Shown: piece by piece, positions 1-13,320 of the stretch
Position numbering within the stretch: the first letter of the stretch is position 1
Layout of the letters: the number at the start of each line of letters is the position of its first letter
Source: the human T2T-CHM13v2.0 reference genome, Homo sapiens
DNA length: 64,000 nucleotides
Strand: one strand, 5' to 3'
Assembly (NCBI RefSeq): GCF_009914755.1
Contig: NC_060931.1
Made by a program: the position numbers and the translations under genes
The notes under the pieces: generated by a model
Database searches by the model: none
The model's input: the letters and a program-made list of their open reading frames with translations, nothing else
Told to the model about the DNA's origin: nothing

Positions 1-1000
1 CTGGTGAGCAGCTTGGATACTTCTATACACAAATTGGAATTGAATGATTAAGGGAATGGATGGTAGATGATGAGAGAACCAGGCTACTTGCCATTGGAGT
101 GGGAGTATGCAAATAAGCAGGGGGAGGTGGCAGAAATGGACTAATAGCATTGAGGACATCAGTGTAAACTTATAGTTAGTTTAATATACTACAGATAGTC
201 ACATATATAAATTTTAGCTATATATGTATACACACAGGTTGGTATACCATGGATTTTCCTTGCTCCATCAGCTGAGAGAACCAGAAGCAAGGATACTGCT
301 GTACTAATGAGCATACCAAGTACCCAGATCTTATTTACTAATACCATTTTGCAGCAGTAGACACCAAGGCCTCTCAGAGAAATGACAGATCTCTTTATTT
401 ATGGGAAATACACAAGATCAGCCTGAAACATCTCATATTTCTAGAAAGTAAAGTTCTTACCTCACCCACAGAACAAACCTACGGTGATGAGGGCACGTCC
501 AAGGGACACAGATGCCAACTGAAAGAGCGTACAATGGTCAAAACCGAAGGAATTTGACCACGAAATAAATAAAGCAGCATTGGATTATAACCCAAAGTAT
601 AAAATAAATATCCATGAGTTCATACTAATATAAATAAAGGATTAAATAAATAAACAAATGTAGGGGAGAAGAAAAATCTCTTATGCAGAAGAAACAAACA
701 TTATTTATGTAGATGCCTACCAAACTGTTAAAACATTACTCCCCACTCCCTAAGTGTGGGGTGTGTAGAGTGAAATTTCAAAAGAGTACAGTGTGGAAAA
801 GAGAGAGAGAAAAAAAAGAGTAACTTTAAATCCACTTTGTTTGTGAACTCCCTAGTGAGTAAACGGTCTTTTCTCTCCCTAAAAATTTTTTTAAAAAGTA
901 ACTTCAGAGCAATGAAATCTAACAAAACCTACCTCAGCCAGGTAATACGGGTCAATATCAAGAGTTACAGTTAATGCTAATCATGTTAATAGTATGTATC
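1..1000 (+). mobile_element. Old L1 3' region (L1MC/L1MD-like), left part; runs off the window start
   Basis: Resembles L1MC3/L1MD 3'UTR, e.g. TGGATTATAACCCAAAGTATAAAATAAATATCCATGAG; resumes at ~1681 after an LTR insertion. Confidence 0.7.
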
Positions 1001-1680
1001 TGTTATTTAATAATGAACTTGTCTGATCTTTATCTATGGTTCCTGAGAGACAATCTTCCAAACCTTTGGAATTTCCTGAGTTAAAGGAATATCTTTGCTA
1101 TTCATTCTAGGCTCTGGGAGCCACATCTGAATATATACTAATCAAGTGACTCATGGTGGGACCTAGATAGCTTTCATATGGAGGCCTGGTTGTTTCAGAA
1201 AGTCAAACAATGTGATAGGGCTTTAAGCCACAAGATATCAGCTCAACCTCTGGGGAGTGGAGGAAAATTGGAGACTGAATTCAATCACATTCCATCTATC
1301 ATGCCAAGATAAGGAAACTCAATGAAAACTCTGCACGCCGAAGCTGTGGGGAGCTTCCCTCTTTGGTGATACACATTAGTGTGCACAGAGGATGCCTTGT
1401 CCTAAGGACACGGGAGTTTCACATTTGGAACCTTCACAAAGGCCTTTCTATATGTCTTTCCATTGGTCCTGATTTGATACCTTTATAATAAAACTGTAAT
1501 AGTAAATATAGCATTTCTAGTGAATTATTGAATTTGAGGGGTTAATAAGAACCCCAAGTTTGTAGCCAGATGATCAGAAGTGAGGGTGGCTTGGAGATTC
1601 CCAAGTTTTAGGATGGTGTTTGAAGTGGGTGGTGTTTATCGAGGATTGTACCCTTAACCTATGAAGTTTAACTAATTATT
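1001..1680 (+). mobile_element. MER21-family solo LTR
   Basis: Starts TG; MER21-like GGAATTTCCTGAG...GTGACTCATGGTGGG...AATAAAACTGTAATAGTAAATATAGCA; interrupts the L1. Confidence 0.7.
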
Positions 1681-1959
1681 GTATACCCTTAATATGATGG
1701 AAGGAAAATGGCACATTACTTCTTTGATTTTTCTTCCAAAACCAATATCCCCAATTTAACTGTGAGAAAAATGAAATAAATCCAAATAGGGAAATATTCC
1801 ACCAAAGACCTGGCCAATTCTTCTCAAAATTGTCGAGGTCATAAAAAACAAGTCTGAGCCAAGAGAAGCTAAGGAGACATGCCAACTAAATGCAATGTGA
1901 CATCCTGGACGAGATCCTGGGACAGGGAAAAAATATTGGTTAAAAACTGAGAAAATCTA
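1681..1959 (+). mobile_element. Old L1 3' region (L1MC/L1MD-like), right part
   Basis: GGAGACATGCCAACTAAATGCAATGTGACATCCTGGA..GATCCTGG typical of the L1MC/MD 3'UTR. Confidence 0.7.
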
Positions 1960-3198
<1,239 letters not shown>

Positions 3199-3512
3199 GA
3201 GAGGCAATGAATGAAACTAACAATTCTAAAGACTATAATCCACAATGAAAATGTAAGTTATTGAGATCTATTCACCTAATAAAACAGCAACAGTAGAAAT
3301 TGCAGGTTATGCAAGCAAAAAGATACTAATAACAGGAGATTTCAACACAGTTCTCTCAGTCCTAAAAAAATAAAATGAATTAAAGAGACCTTATAAAATT
3401 AATATATAGATCTAACCAATCAATATTTATTAAAATCCATTATCAGATAACAGATAATTTTTCTAGTTTATATGTAACATTTTCAAAATTTAGCACTCCT
3501 TAATAATAATAA

Positions 3513-3808
3513 TTTTTTTTTTTTTTGAGATGGAGTCTCACTCTGTTGCTCAGGCTGGAATGCAGTGGCGCGATCTCGGCTCACTGCAACCTCCGTCTCT
3601 GGGATCAAGCATTTCTCCTGCCTCAGCCTCCCAAGTGGCTGGGACTACGGGCGCACACCATCACATCCGGCTAATTTTTTGTATTTTTAGTAGAGATGGG
3701 GTTTCACCTTGTTGCCCAGGCTGGTCGTGAACTCCTGAGCTCAGGCAATCCTCCTGCCTAGGCCTCCCAAAGTGCTGGGATTACAGGCATGAGCCACCGC
3801 ACCCAGCC
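3513..3808 (-). mobile_element. AluS (Sz-like)
   Basis: Full antisense Alu from poly-T to ...GAGCCACCGCACCCAGCC; AATAAT on both flanks. Confidence 0.93.
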
Positions 3809-3880
3809 AATAATATTTTTTAAAAGGAAAAGACAATGAAATAATACAGTTAGCATGTTCTGACCACATGAAATAAAACT

Positions 3881-4350
3881 TGTGCAGCAGATGCTGTGAG
3901 TACATTCACCCTTACCCCTGGTTTCCACAGAAAGTTACCAGCAGACACGTGTGCTCAGACTGATCTGACTCTGGGTTTTGACATTTCTCTCTGCGTGAAG
4001 CCTCCAGCGAATAAGGGAGCTCCCTCTGTCAGCTGTGAGAACAGTCTGTGGTGCCTCAGGAGGAAACTTCAACCAATGAGGAGTAAAAAGAAGTGAATGA
4101 ATGTCGCAACTTCCTCAACTCCACAGTGGGTGGGAATGAAGGGGCCCTTCTGAGATGCATTTTCCAGAGTTTCTCGGAGGGTACCCAGTGGAACTGAGCC
4201 TCTGTTGCTTGGAGCAATAACACACTCATTATCCCTGCACCACATCCACAGTCTCTCACTGTATCTCCTTGGGATCGTCTTCCAAATATATGCATTGCAC
4301 CCAAATCCCTTTGCTCAGGGTCTGCTTTAGAGGGAACACAAACTAAGACA
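3881..4350 (+). mobile_element. LTR16-family (ERVL) solo LTR
   Basis: TG...CA ends; 3' end CCAAATCCCTTTGCTCAGGGTCTGCTTTAGAGGGAACACAAACTAAGACA is LTR16-like. Confidence 0.75.
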
Positions 4351-4799
4351 ACTAGAAATCAATAACATACATATATGTATATACACACAAGCATACACTG
4401 GCTGAAGCACAAAGGTCCCTTTACTTGGACAATAAGAACTTTTTATTTAAAAACTCTTGGGTTAAAGAGGAAATACAATGAATAGAATGAAACTGCAGCA
4501 TTGCTAGAAAATAAGCATATTATCAACAAGGCAAATCATAACGTACATGACACAGACACAGCAGTATTCAGAGGAAAATACATTGCATTCATTGCCTGTA
4601 TTAATAAAAACTAAAACTGAAACATGTGAGTTAAATGTTCAATCCAAAATCTAAAAAGTAATAACTTAAAGAAAAAAATCAGAAGTCAATGACCGTAGAA
4701 CAATTTAAAAATACAAAATATGTGGGTTTGCAAAATTACTTAGCAAAATTAAATAACATCTAGCTGCATTTTTGTAAAAGATAGAACACATATTTCTAA

Positions 4800-5760
4800 G
4801 TTTAGAAATGTTGGGGAGAAAGGGCCTTTGAGTACATTTTGTGCAATTCTATAAAAATAGAAGAGACTGATTCCTACAGTGAAGAAATAACAAAGGAATA
4901 AGTTTGAAGGAACTCTTATGTGTGTAAAATGAAATAATTTGAGCAATAAAAAGAATAATAACTGTAAATTATTAAAATATATTGAATATATAAAAATCCA
5001 TGAATCCATAATGATACAAAAGAAAGTGGGCATAACCTACTGGACACCATTGGTAGCCATCAGGACTCACAATACCCATAAATAGTGAGAAAAGATTAAG
5101 CATCTTTCCACCTTTTCTGATGTAAACTATATTTCAGGATGAGGAAAGGCTTTTCTATGGAGAATTCCACCTAAACAATACACAAGGAAATAACAAATTA
5201 GGAAATCATGATTCGTCAGCCTCAAATGAAATAACTGAGTCAGTTAATGATCTTAGCATTGAAAAAATAAGTTCCAGGCAACCGGAAATGGGAGAAAATG
5301 AAAAAGTAAATGACATCATGAGAAAGAGATTAACCACTTTAGAATGTGGGACCTTTTACTGAACAACTGATCCGGATTCTTTAAGAAGTTAATGCCAAGA
5401 CAGGGAGGGAAGGAGGAAGGGACTATGAGTTGAGAACACCAATTGTAAAAAGCCATTTTGGAGAGTCTCAGGGAAACATGAGTATAGACTGGATATTCAG
5501 TGACGTTCAGAAATTATATTAGATTTATAAGGTATGGTAGTTGTTCCATGGTTAAAAAAAAAAATCCTTAGTGTTTTTGTAAACGCATGTTGAAGGTCAT
5601 GCAGACAAAACTGAATGATCCTCCAGTTATGAAAGGTGGGAGTTTAATCTATAAAAAATATGGCAAGTTATTGATGGTTTTAAAGATGAGTGGTGGGCAT
5701 ATAGATTTATAATATCACTGCTTTGTGAAATTTGTTATCATAAAAAGCTTTTTAAAAATC
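4800..5760 (+). mobile_element. L1MC4/5-like 3'UTR
   Basis: AAAATCCATGAATCCATAATGATAC, AGAATGTGGGACCTTTTAC, GAGTATAGACTGGATATT motifs. Confidence 0.55.
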
Positions 5761-7005
5761 CTCTTAAAAAATGCTTAGAATATCCTGTGATCTACCTCCC
5801 TCCACACTCCACCTCTCCACCTACTCTATGTGAGAAAACATAATCAAGACAGAGAAAGCCACTTTGGAAGTTTGCTCCAAAAGTCACTGAAAGAGCTGAG
5901 ATTATAACCTGGATCTTCTGGAGTGTCTTCCTCCACAGTGAGCCGATTCCATAATAGACATCAGGCCAATCACTAGGAGCTGATATTTTATTTTAAGAGC
6001 AAGAATGCAAATATAGGGGATGGGTTTTAGATCTTACCATCATTAAATACCCACCCAGAAACCCAGCTTCACATCATGGAAGAGTCAAAGTGCTAAGTGC
6101 CTGCCTACAAATTTTGAGACTATTCACACTCATCATTGACTTTCCTCACAGAAATATGATGTACTATTGTGCCATTTTCCACTTTATAAAGATGCAAGAA
6201 CTGATACAAAAGAGTTCAATGATCTTTCCCAAAGCCCAAAGCTAATGAATTGGTGAGACAGAAGTCCCAGCCCAAGTCACCTGGCCCTGACACTGGCTCT
6301 CTGTGCTCTGATGAGGCAGAGAGTGAGAGAGTATGATTTCTAGGACTGATGTACATGCTCATGGCTACCATTTGTCAGTGATGGTGCATAGGTCTGTGCA
6401 CCAGATGAATCATTCTAAGGACACACCTCATGGGTGCGGCTCCCCCAGACCAGGCTTTTACTTCAACATGGACAATCACTGGGGCATGAGAGAACTAAGA
6501 CTGATGCTAGCTTAATACCAACACAACCACTCTCATGCCTGGGATAGAAGAACACCTGTACAACAAACGTTGGTGTTTACAGATAGGTAATGAAATGCAT
6601 TCCAGGAACAGAATGTAAGCGTTTTGTTAAGACCCTGCCCCTGCTTAGTGATGGGAAACTAAGGCCTTAGTGAAGGGAATTTGGCCAAAGTGATGTATGA
6701 AATTAGTGCAGATGAGGTAGTGTGTATTGTTAGAGTCACAGTTCCCGGCATGCCAGCAATTCATTTGAGGATGACAGTAGGCATGTGAGAAACTGGGGGT
6801 CCCAGGAGAGTTTGGTGGAATATACTGCAGTGTTCCAAAAGCCCGCATCAGCAAACCAGGGCAAGGTCAGCTGGAATCTGAGTAATCACCATGGCTGAGC
6901 TCACAAACTGGAGAGGTGGGAGTCCCGCATATCACTCACTACAAACAGAGGAGAGCACACATTTCCTCCAGGAGGCTCCACCATGGAGGTCCCATGAAGC
7001 AAAAG

Positions 7006-7649
7006 TGTTACCAGTGAAGGATCCTGACTTGAGTCATTCAGGTTCTTGGCATTTTGAACAAATAATTGGACAAAATGCACAAAGCAAGCAAGAAACGAAT
7101 GAAGCAACAAAAGCAGAGATTTATTGAAAGGAAAGTACACTCCGTAGAGACGGAGCTTGAGCAAGTGGCTCAAGAGTCCTTGTTACAGAATTTTCTGGTG
7201 TTTAAATACCTTCTAGAGGTTCTCCATTGGTTACTTGGTTTACACCCTATGTAAATGAAGTAGTGGCCCGCAACCAGTCTGATTCGTTGCAGAAAGCAAC
7301 AAATCAGAGGCTGAAGTGAAGTTATGAAGTTACACCCTATGCAAACATCTGATAGGTTGTGGGAGGGGATTAATCAGAGGCTGAAGTTACGAAGTTATAC
7401 TCCTACGCAAATAAAGACTAGGCCCGAGACCGGTCTGATTGATTGCGGGAGGGGACTAATTAGAGGTACTTTCAATTTTTCATCGGCCACACAGAAAAGT
7501 GAGGGATAGGAAGGTAGTAAAGGGCATAGTCTCTGGTCCTTTTGTTACTTGGGCATGAAAAGTTGGGATTTTCCTTTTGATTTACTTCTAGGAAGTCAGT
7601 ATAAATTGGCCTTAGGTTCCCTGCCTCCAGACCCTGTTCTCCTGCCTCA
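7006..7649 (-). mobile_element. MER51 (ERV1) solo LTR
   Basis: Minus strand begins TGAGGCAGGAGAACAGGGTCTGGAGGCAGGGAACCTAAGGCCAATT and ends ...GGTAACA; internal CCAAT-containing repeats. Confidence 0.85.
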
Positions 7650-7833
7650 GTAGGGCCCATTGCTGCATTCTGGTCCCACTTTCTCATTCCTCTGTGAGAA
7701 CGGAGGCTGTCGCTGTTCTCAAAAGAGGAGAAAGAAAAGAAGCCAATGTCAGGCGTCATGCAGGGACAGAGAGCTTTATGTGTGGCATTTTATCTCATTC
7801 TTTTGGAAATGGTTTTCTAAAAGAAAATCATTT

Positions 7834-7847
7834 GGAAACTGAAACTG
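7834..7847 (+). promoter_or_regulatory. ISRE motif GGAAACTGAAACTG
   Basis: Exact match to GAAANNGAAACT in non-repeat DNA; function not shown. Confidence 0.45.
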
Positions 7848-8735
7848 AGGCTGGAAAGCTTTTGTTGAGGTCGGTCAGGTGCCGACAGTGGTGGGATCTC
7901 ACCCCCCTCATGTCCAGCATGCCTGCTTGTCCATTCCAGTGAATTACCATGGGCCAAGTTACAGTCAATGAAAGTGGGGGGAGAACACAACTCTTTTCTA
8001 CGTGTTACATCTGAGGCTTTTATCAAAGTCAAGGACTGATAACGCATCAATTAGCACGTATGCCACTATTTTCTTCAGGGAACTGGACCTTCATCCAGCA
8101 ACCCCAATAGAAATTGGCAGACAGGCTTAAAAAAATATTTCCAAAATTGGTAAATAAAACACATCAATTTCCTGCCTCCCCGTCAGTCATATTCTTTCCA
8201 TAAATGACTTTCTGTATTTTTTCTCTGTCCCAAACCTCCACTCATTTTCAGGCCCAGAATTCTCCCAGATCACCAAACCATGTAGTTTCTGCCTAGCCTA
8301 AACCATGTCAATCTACCACCTGAAATAAGAGGAAACTGAGGAGATATCAAGTCTATTTTTTCAACAGGTTATACAATTCACTCACAGTTTATATTTTATT
8401 TACAATGAATAAATAAATAAATGACAGAGACTTCTAAGATTTAAAAGCAACCACAGTTACAACCAGAGCAACAAAAGTTCTCAAGTGTATTATCAAAAGG
8501 AAAATTGGAGTCGAATAATTGCTATGATAGTTATACTCATCACTAATCACTACGTAAAATGATATGACATGAAAGGGATGAAAAACAGAGGTTTGCCAAA
8601 TTGTCTAAGCCAACTGGGGATCAATAAATCACTGTTAATAGTGCATAAGTATGATATTTCAGGTACTTTTGAACAAATCACATAGCACTATGGAGGCATT
8701 TCAATAAGAATGTGATGCAAAAGTCACACGAGAAA

Positions 8736-9049
<314 letters not shown>

Positions 9050-9636
9050 ACGTGAGAGGCAGAGGGAGGTATAAATTCACTAATTTACTATGACCAATAG
9101 TTAAATTTGACTGTGGTATTTCTAACCAAAGCATTAGGGGAAAGCCATGGGTCACCTGACTGTCACCATCTGATGAAAGGCTATACGGTAATTCCTTAAG
9201 TGGAAATCTTTTTCTGGAATTTAATTCTAAAGAGAAGTTATCACATAGGACCTTTCACAAAGACATTAGTCTTATCACAAACGCAAAAATAATTTTCAAA
9301 TGCATACAAGATGAATCTTGGAAATAGACCAGGCCCTCACGTCCAACTACAACTCAATGAGGTTGCTAAGTTTGCCAGGCCCTGCTCTGTCCCTTCCTGG
9401 AGCTCTAAACTATACACTATGCTGTGATTGGAAGAGCCCATGAGAAAGGCAGGTCCTTCATTGTCTTCTGTGAGCCTCAGCTGCCAGCTGGGCTTTCTGT
9501 AGACACCAGTGGGCAAAGCAGTGAGATTCATGCCCCCTGAGGATTAAAATCCCAGGTTCCATTCTGCCCTGGATGCCAGATGGCCAGGCTGAGGTTAAGG
9601 TGCTGCTGGCAGACCTGTCTTCCCACCTGCAGGAAT

Positions 9637-10110
9637 TTGCTTGAGTTGTAGCAATAAAACACCACAAACTGAGTGGCTTCAACTACAGGAATTTCTTGTT
9701 ATTTATTATTATTATTTTGTTAAGACAGGGTCTCACTTTGTCACCCATGCTGGAGTGCAGTGGTGTGATTACAGCTCATGGCAGCCTTCAATTCCTGGGC
9801 TCAAGCTATTGTCCCACCTCAGCCTCCCAAGTAGCTGAGATTACAGGCACACAACACACCACCATTCCCAGCTATTTTTAAAATTTTTGTGGAGATGGGG
9901 GTCTCACTATGTTGCCCAGGCTGGTCTCAAACTCCCGGGCTCAAGTGACCTCCCACCTCAGCCTCCCAAAGTGAATTTATTGTCAAAGTTCTGGAAGCTG
10001 GAAGTCCAAGATCAAGCTGTTGGCAGGGCCATGCTCCCTCTGCAGATGTTGGGGCAGGCTCTGTTCCTGGCCTCACTCCCAGCGTCCGGTGGTTTGCAGG
10101 CCCTGCCACA
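9637..10110 (-). mobile_element. MLT1 (MLT1C-like) MaLR LTR fragment, split by an Alu
   Basis: CACCACAAACTGAGTGGCTT...GTTCTGGAAGCTGGAAGTCCAAGATCAAG..GGCAGGGCCATGCTCCCTCTG. Confidence 0.75.
9700..9972 (-). mobile_element. AluJ, 5'-truncated
   Basis: Antisense Alu with (TTA)n tail, ending at CCCAAAGT; TSD-like GAATTTCTTGT/GAATTTATTGT. Confidence 0.9.
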
Positions 10111-10192
10111 ATTCTGAATCATTTTGGTTTCAGGTGGGCCTGAGTATTTCTCCAGATGATTCTATTCTCATCCAGGCTTGAGAACCATTGGC
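10111..10192. mobile_element. MER5A fragment (hAT-Charlie)
   Basis: CTCCAGATGATTCT...CCAGGCTTGAGAACCATTG resembles the MER5A end. Confidence 0.5.
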
Positions 10193-10400
10193 TTAGATTA
10201 CTCAGAATATACCTGGCACAGGATGCCAGAAACAGGAAGAGAGGAAAATATAATTTTCCCTCTGCCCCTCTAAATTCTAAGCTGGGACACCTTTAACAAA
10301 AGACAGATTAGCAATAGAGAAATGAACAGAAGTTTGTTAACATGTGTATTTTATATATACATGGGAGAAAACTAAGGAAAAAAAAAACTCTCTGTGAGGT

Positions 10401-11061
10401 TGCAGGGTAAATGCCACTGACAGCAATAACTTAAGCACATCCTTAGAACGACGCTGATAGATGCACCTGAATGTGTGTTCCAAGCCAGGAAATCTGGGCA
10501 TGGCCAACCCAGAGATTTGTTTCTTATCTATGAGAAACATCCGAGCCCCCCTGACCCATCTTGCATAACACAGGCTATATAGGGGATTGAAGCCGTAAGT
10601 TTTAGGGTCAATGAGGGTTGCCAGGTGGAGGTTGTTATGGGGAGGGTGTTAAGTGAAAATGCTCCATAAACTGCATGCTGTTTGCAAGCAGTTGTGGTTT
10701 TCCTGCCCAGCCCACTGCCACTGGGCCATGTGGTTATCTTGTCTAGCCCACTGCCACTGGACTGTGTGTAAGGAGGATATGTTGTCCAGCCCACCACCAC
10801 TGGACTGCATGTAAGGCAATATGTTGTCCGGCCCACTGTCACTGGACTGTGTGTAAGGCAGATATCTTGTTTAGCCCACTGCCCTTGGACCATTTCTGTG
10901 CATAAGGTAGTCCTCCTAGCCAGCCCTCTGCCACTGGACTCTCTCTCCTGTATGTAATCTCCTAATAAAACCCCACGTCTTGTTTACTGTCTCTGGGTCT
11001 CTTCTTTAGCCTCTTGAACTGGATGCCTTCCCTATTGAGGCTAATAGGGGTTCACACAACA
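10401..11061 (+). mobile_element. LTR47-like (ERVL) solo LTR
   Basis: TG...CA ends with perfect 5-bp TSD GAGGT (10396-10400, 11062-11066); GACAGCAATAACTTAAGCA...AATAAAACCCCA. Confidence 0.8.
10703..10940 (+). repeat. About six diverged ~40-bp tandem units inside the LTR47
   Basis: Core TGTCCAGCCCACTGCCACTGGAC recurs six times with variations. Confidence 0.85.
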
Positions 11062-12052
11062 GAGGTGGCTTTGAACTCCAACCTATACAGCATCTTCAAC
11101 AAAGAACAATGCATTTTTGAGGCAAGTGACAGGGCAAAAGAAAAGCCCCTCGAGTCTTCATGGATGGCAAATTGTGGGAAGACGATACTGTATATGGAAA
11201 CTCATGGTAGATAGACAAGTTAGTAAAGTCTGTGAGGTAGGCTCCTCTGGTGTCTCCAGGCTGATAAGGATCTAAGGTCATCTCGGGTGGTCGATGTTTT
11301 TCCTTTCTGGGGGAGGAGGGGAAGGACAGCTTTGTAAGTTTATGTCTTGCTTTTAGGCAAATATCTCCTTATATCTGCTTCTTTTCAATTACCTTCAGGT
11401 CTAAATGATCCTTATGCCCAAATGGCATATTTTGAGGTGACATATTTTGCTATCTTTCACTAGTATTACCTTGCCCTGAGACAGGAAGAGGAGGAGGAAA
11501 TACCTGAATACAATTGAGCTAACAAGTCTTGAAAAATGGACTCTTTGCTGCATGTAGTTTCTCATCTTTGAAATGGAAAGATCAAGACCCTAATTTTCCC
11601 ACGAAAACACATGGGCTATTTCATGTCAAGTGTGTTTGTGAATTTTAAGGTACAGCAAAACATTTAGTCTTATCTTGGCATGATCTACAGTGGATGGTGT
11701 CCAGGGGCCATATTGGAAACCTCCCCCTCAGCTGTGGCTTTCTTCGCCGCCCCTGCAATTAGGAACTGTATGATACTTTCCCTCTTCCTCTGCCCCCTCT
11801 CTCTCCCCCAGGCATCAGAGGCCATGAGCACACATACTACAGTTGTAAACAAATTGTTTTAAATTGATGATTTGGATACTGGTTTGGTGGGATTGGTCTA
11901 AAAATAGCCAAATGTAATTAGTTTAATTGTTTTTAAGAGGTCTTTTTTTTGTAAGCCATTATAAACTCTGGTTTTGTGTTTTGTCTAGTTAATACAGTTT
12001 CTGTTGAAACTTCTTAGATGGGTCTGTCTTAAATATTTAAAACATGCTTTGC

Positions 12053-12208
12053 ATTGGCTCTAAATTTGTGCATGTGAAATAGTTCAAGGTGATTGGTGCC
12101 TTCTGCCACTCATCTAGGAGGAACATCTGTTGTGGCTTATAAGGCATTGGTTAAAACCTAACCCTTTCTATAAAAGGGCTGTTTTATCTAAGCAGAACCT
12201 GGGAAGGT
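12053..12208 (+). promoter_or_regulatory. Candidate CCAAT/TATA core promoter
   Basis: ATTGG at 12053, 12092 and 12146; TATAAAAG at 12169-12176; motif arrangement only. Confidence 0.3.
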
Positions 12209-13149
12209 ATGAGACACTAGTTAGCGGTTCCCGTCTCTGTTGATAAGTTTCTTGTGCAAAGCTGCCCCATCAGTATGCACTTGACCTCATTCTGGGGAGT
12301 GCAGTGGAGCATGGCTGCAATTCTGCCCTCTCTGATGCTCCCTATCCCATCTTTGAAATGGGTTAACTTGGGTATCCAAGACAGGTAAAAGTAAACTGTA
12401 TCCAGAAACTACCCTATTGTATATCGAATCACCCCTGGATCTGGGCTGTTCTTTGGAGAGTAAAAGGACTTGATAGATGGAGAGAAGCACAAAAAAGCCC
12501 CAGACAGGTCTACTTCAGTTAAGGCTTAAATACCTACAAGTTGTTGCACATCAACTGACAGGGTCTCTGCTCCAAGAGGCCAAACCAGAAATGTGGAGAA
12601 TGCTGTGATTCGTGCCTTTTCTAGACCAACGTCTTCTGGGATGTCTTACAGGGCTGTCAGGGTACTAACTCCAAATCACTTCCCAAGACAGTTTTCAGTT
12701 GAGTTATTCTTACTCTTAGAGTACTTATGTGGCCTATGACAATCGCAGGCAAAAGATGAGTCAACTCCTGGTGGAGAATTTGTCTATGATGGGGGAGTTT
12801 GTGTGGGTACAGATTAAGGACAGGGAAATTGCTTCCATCTTAGCATAAATCAAGCATATCCTGTTCCCAAACAAAAGTGTTTTCTACACCCATGTTTCTC
12901 ACCCTTGATGGATATTTGAATTATCTGCAGAGTTTTTAAAACATGCTATGGCCTGGGTGCCATCTGAGACTACTTAATCAAAACTGTTAGTATGTTCTGG
13001 AACCATGCTTAGAACCAGTGGCCTGCAAAATCATAGAGAGTGTGGAGAACTCAGCTCAGAGAGAAACCACACAGCAATGGCCTTGCCTAGCCACTGCAGT
13101 CTGACCAGAGAGTAGCCAGGGTCCTGCTCAAGGGATAGGAGATATATAT

Positions 13150-13320
13150 ATACTCTTCCCATGTATCAGCACTTGTTCTAAGAACAAAGTGTTATATTAC
13201 TTAATCTTCACAACAACCAATGGACAATGGAGAAGACAAGTGTGTTCAACTTGTACATGCAGAGCAGGAGCTGAGCTCAAATGGCAGGGTCCCAAGCCCA
13301 TGCACCAGACACTGCACAGT
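13150..13320 (-). mobile_element. MIR fragment
   Basis: GCACTTGTTCTAAG..ACTTAATCTTCACAACAACC pattern of antisense MIR. Other probable MIR pieces lie near 15230-15400, 20830-20930, 22260-22450, 26110-26260, 33700-33800, 37330-37500, 58840-59000 and 61320-61440. Confidence 0.55.

Larger units (their letters stand above)
3230..4790 (+). mobile_element. Highly diverged L1 ORF2 (endonuclease-region) fragments, split by an Alu and LTR16
   Basis: A-rich; GGAGATTTCAACACAGTTCTCTCAG, TTCTGACCACA..AAATAAAACT|AGAAATCAATAAC and GCAGTATTCAGAGGAAAATACATTGCA resemble L1 ORF2. Confidence 0.55.
10240..11459 (-). mobile_element. MER34-family (ERV1) LTR interrupted by LTR47
   Basis: Minus strand starts TGAAAGATAGCAAAATATGTCACCTCAAAATATGCCATTTGGGCATAAGGATC; the halves 10240-10400 and 11062-11459 join across the insert. 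Confidence 0.75.

Noticed and set aside
10703-10940. CRISPR-like repeat-spacer appearance
   Set aside because: Primate LTR context. The spacers are related to each other, so this is a diverged tandem repeat, and there are no cas genes.
12287-12490. Minus-strand terminal coding exon after the acceptor CCTTTTACTCTCCAAAG
   Set aside because: Neither reading frame gives a peptide I recognise, and no upstream partner exons were found.
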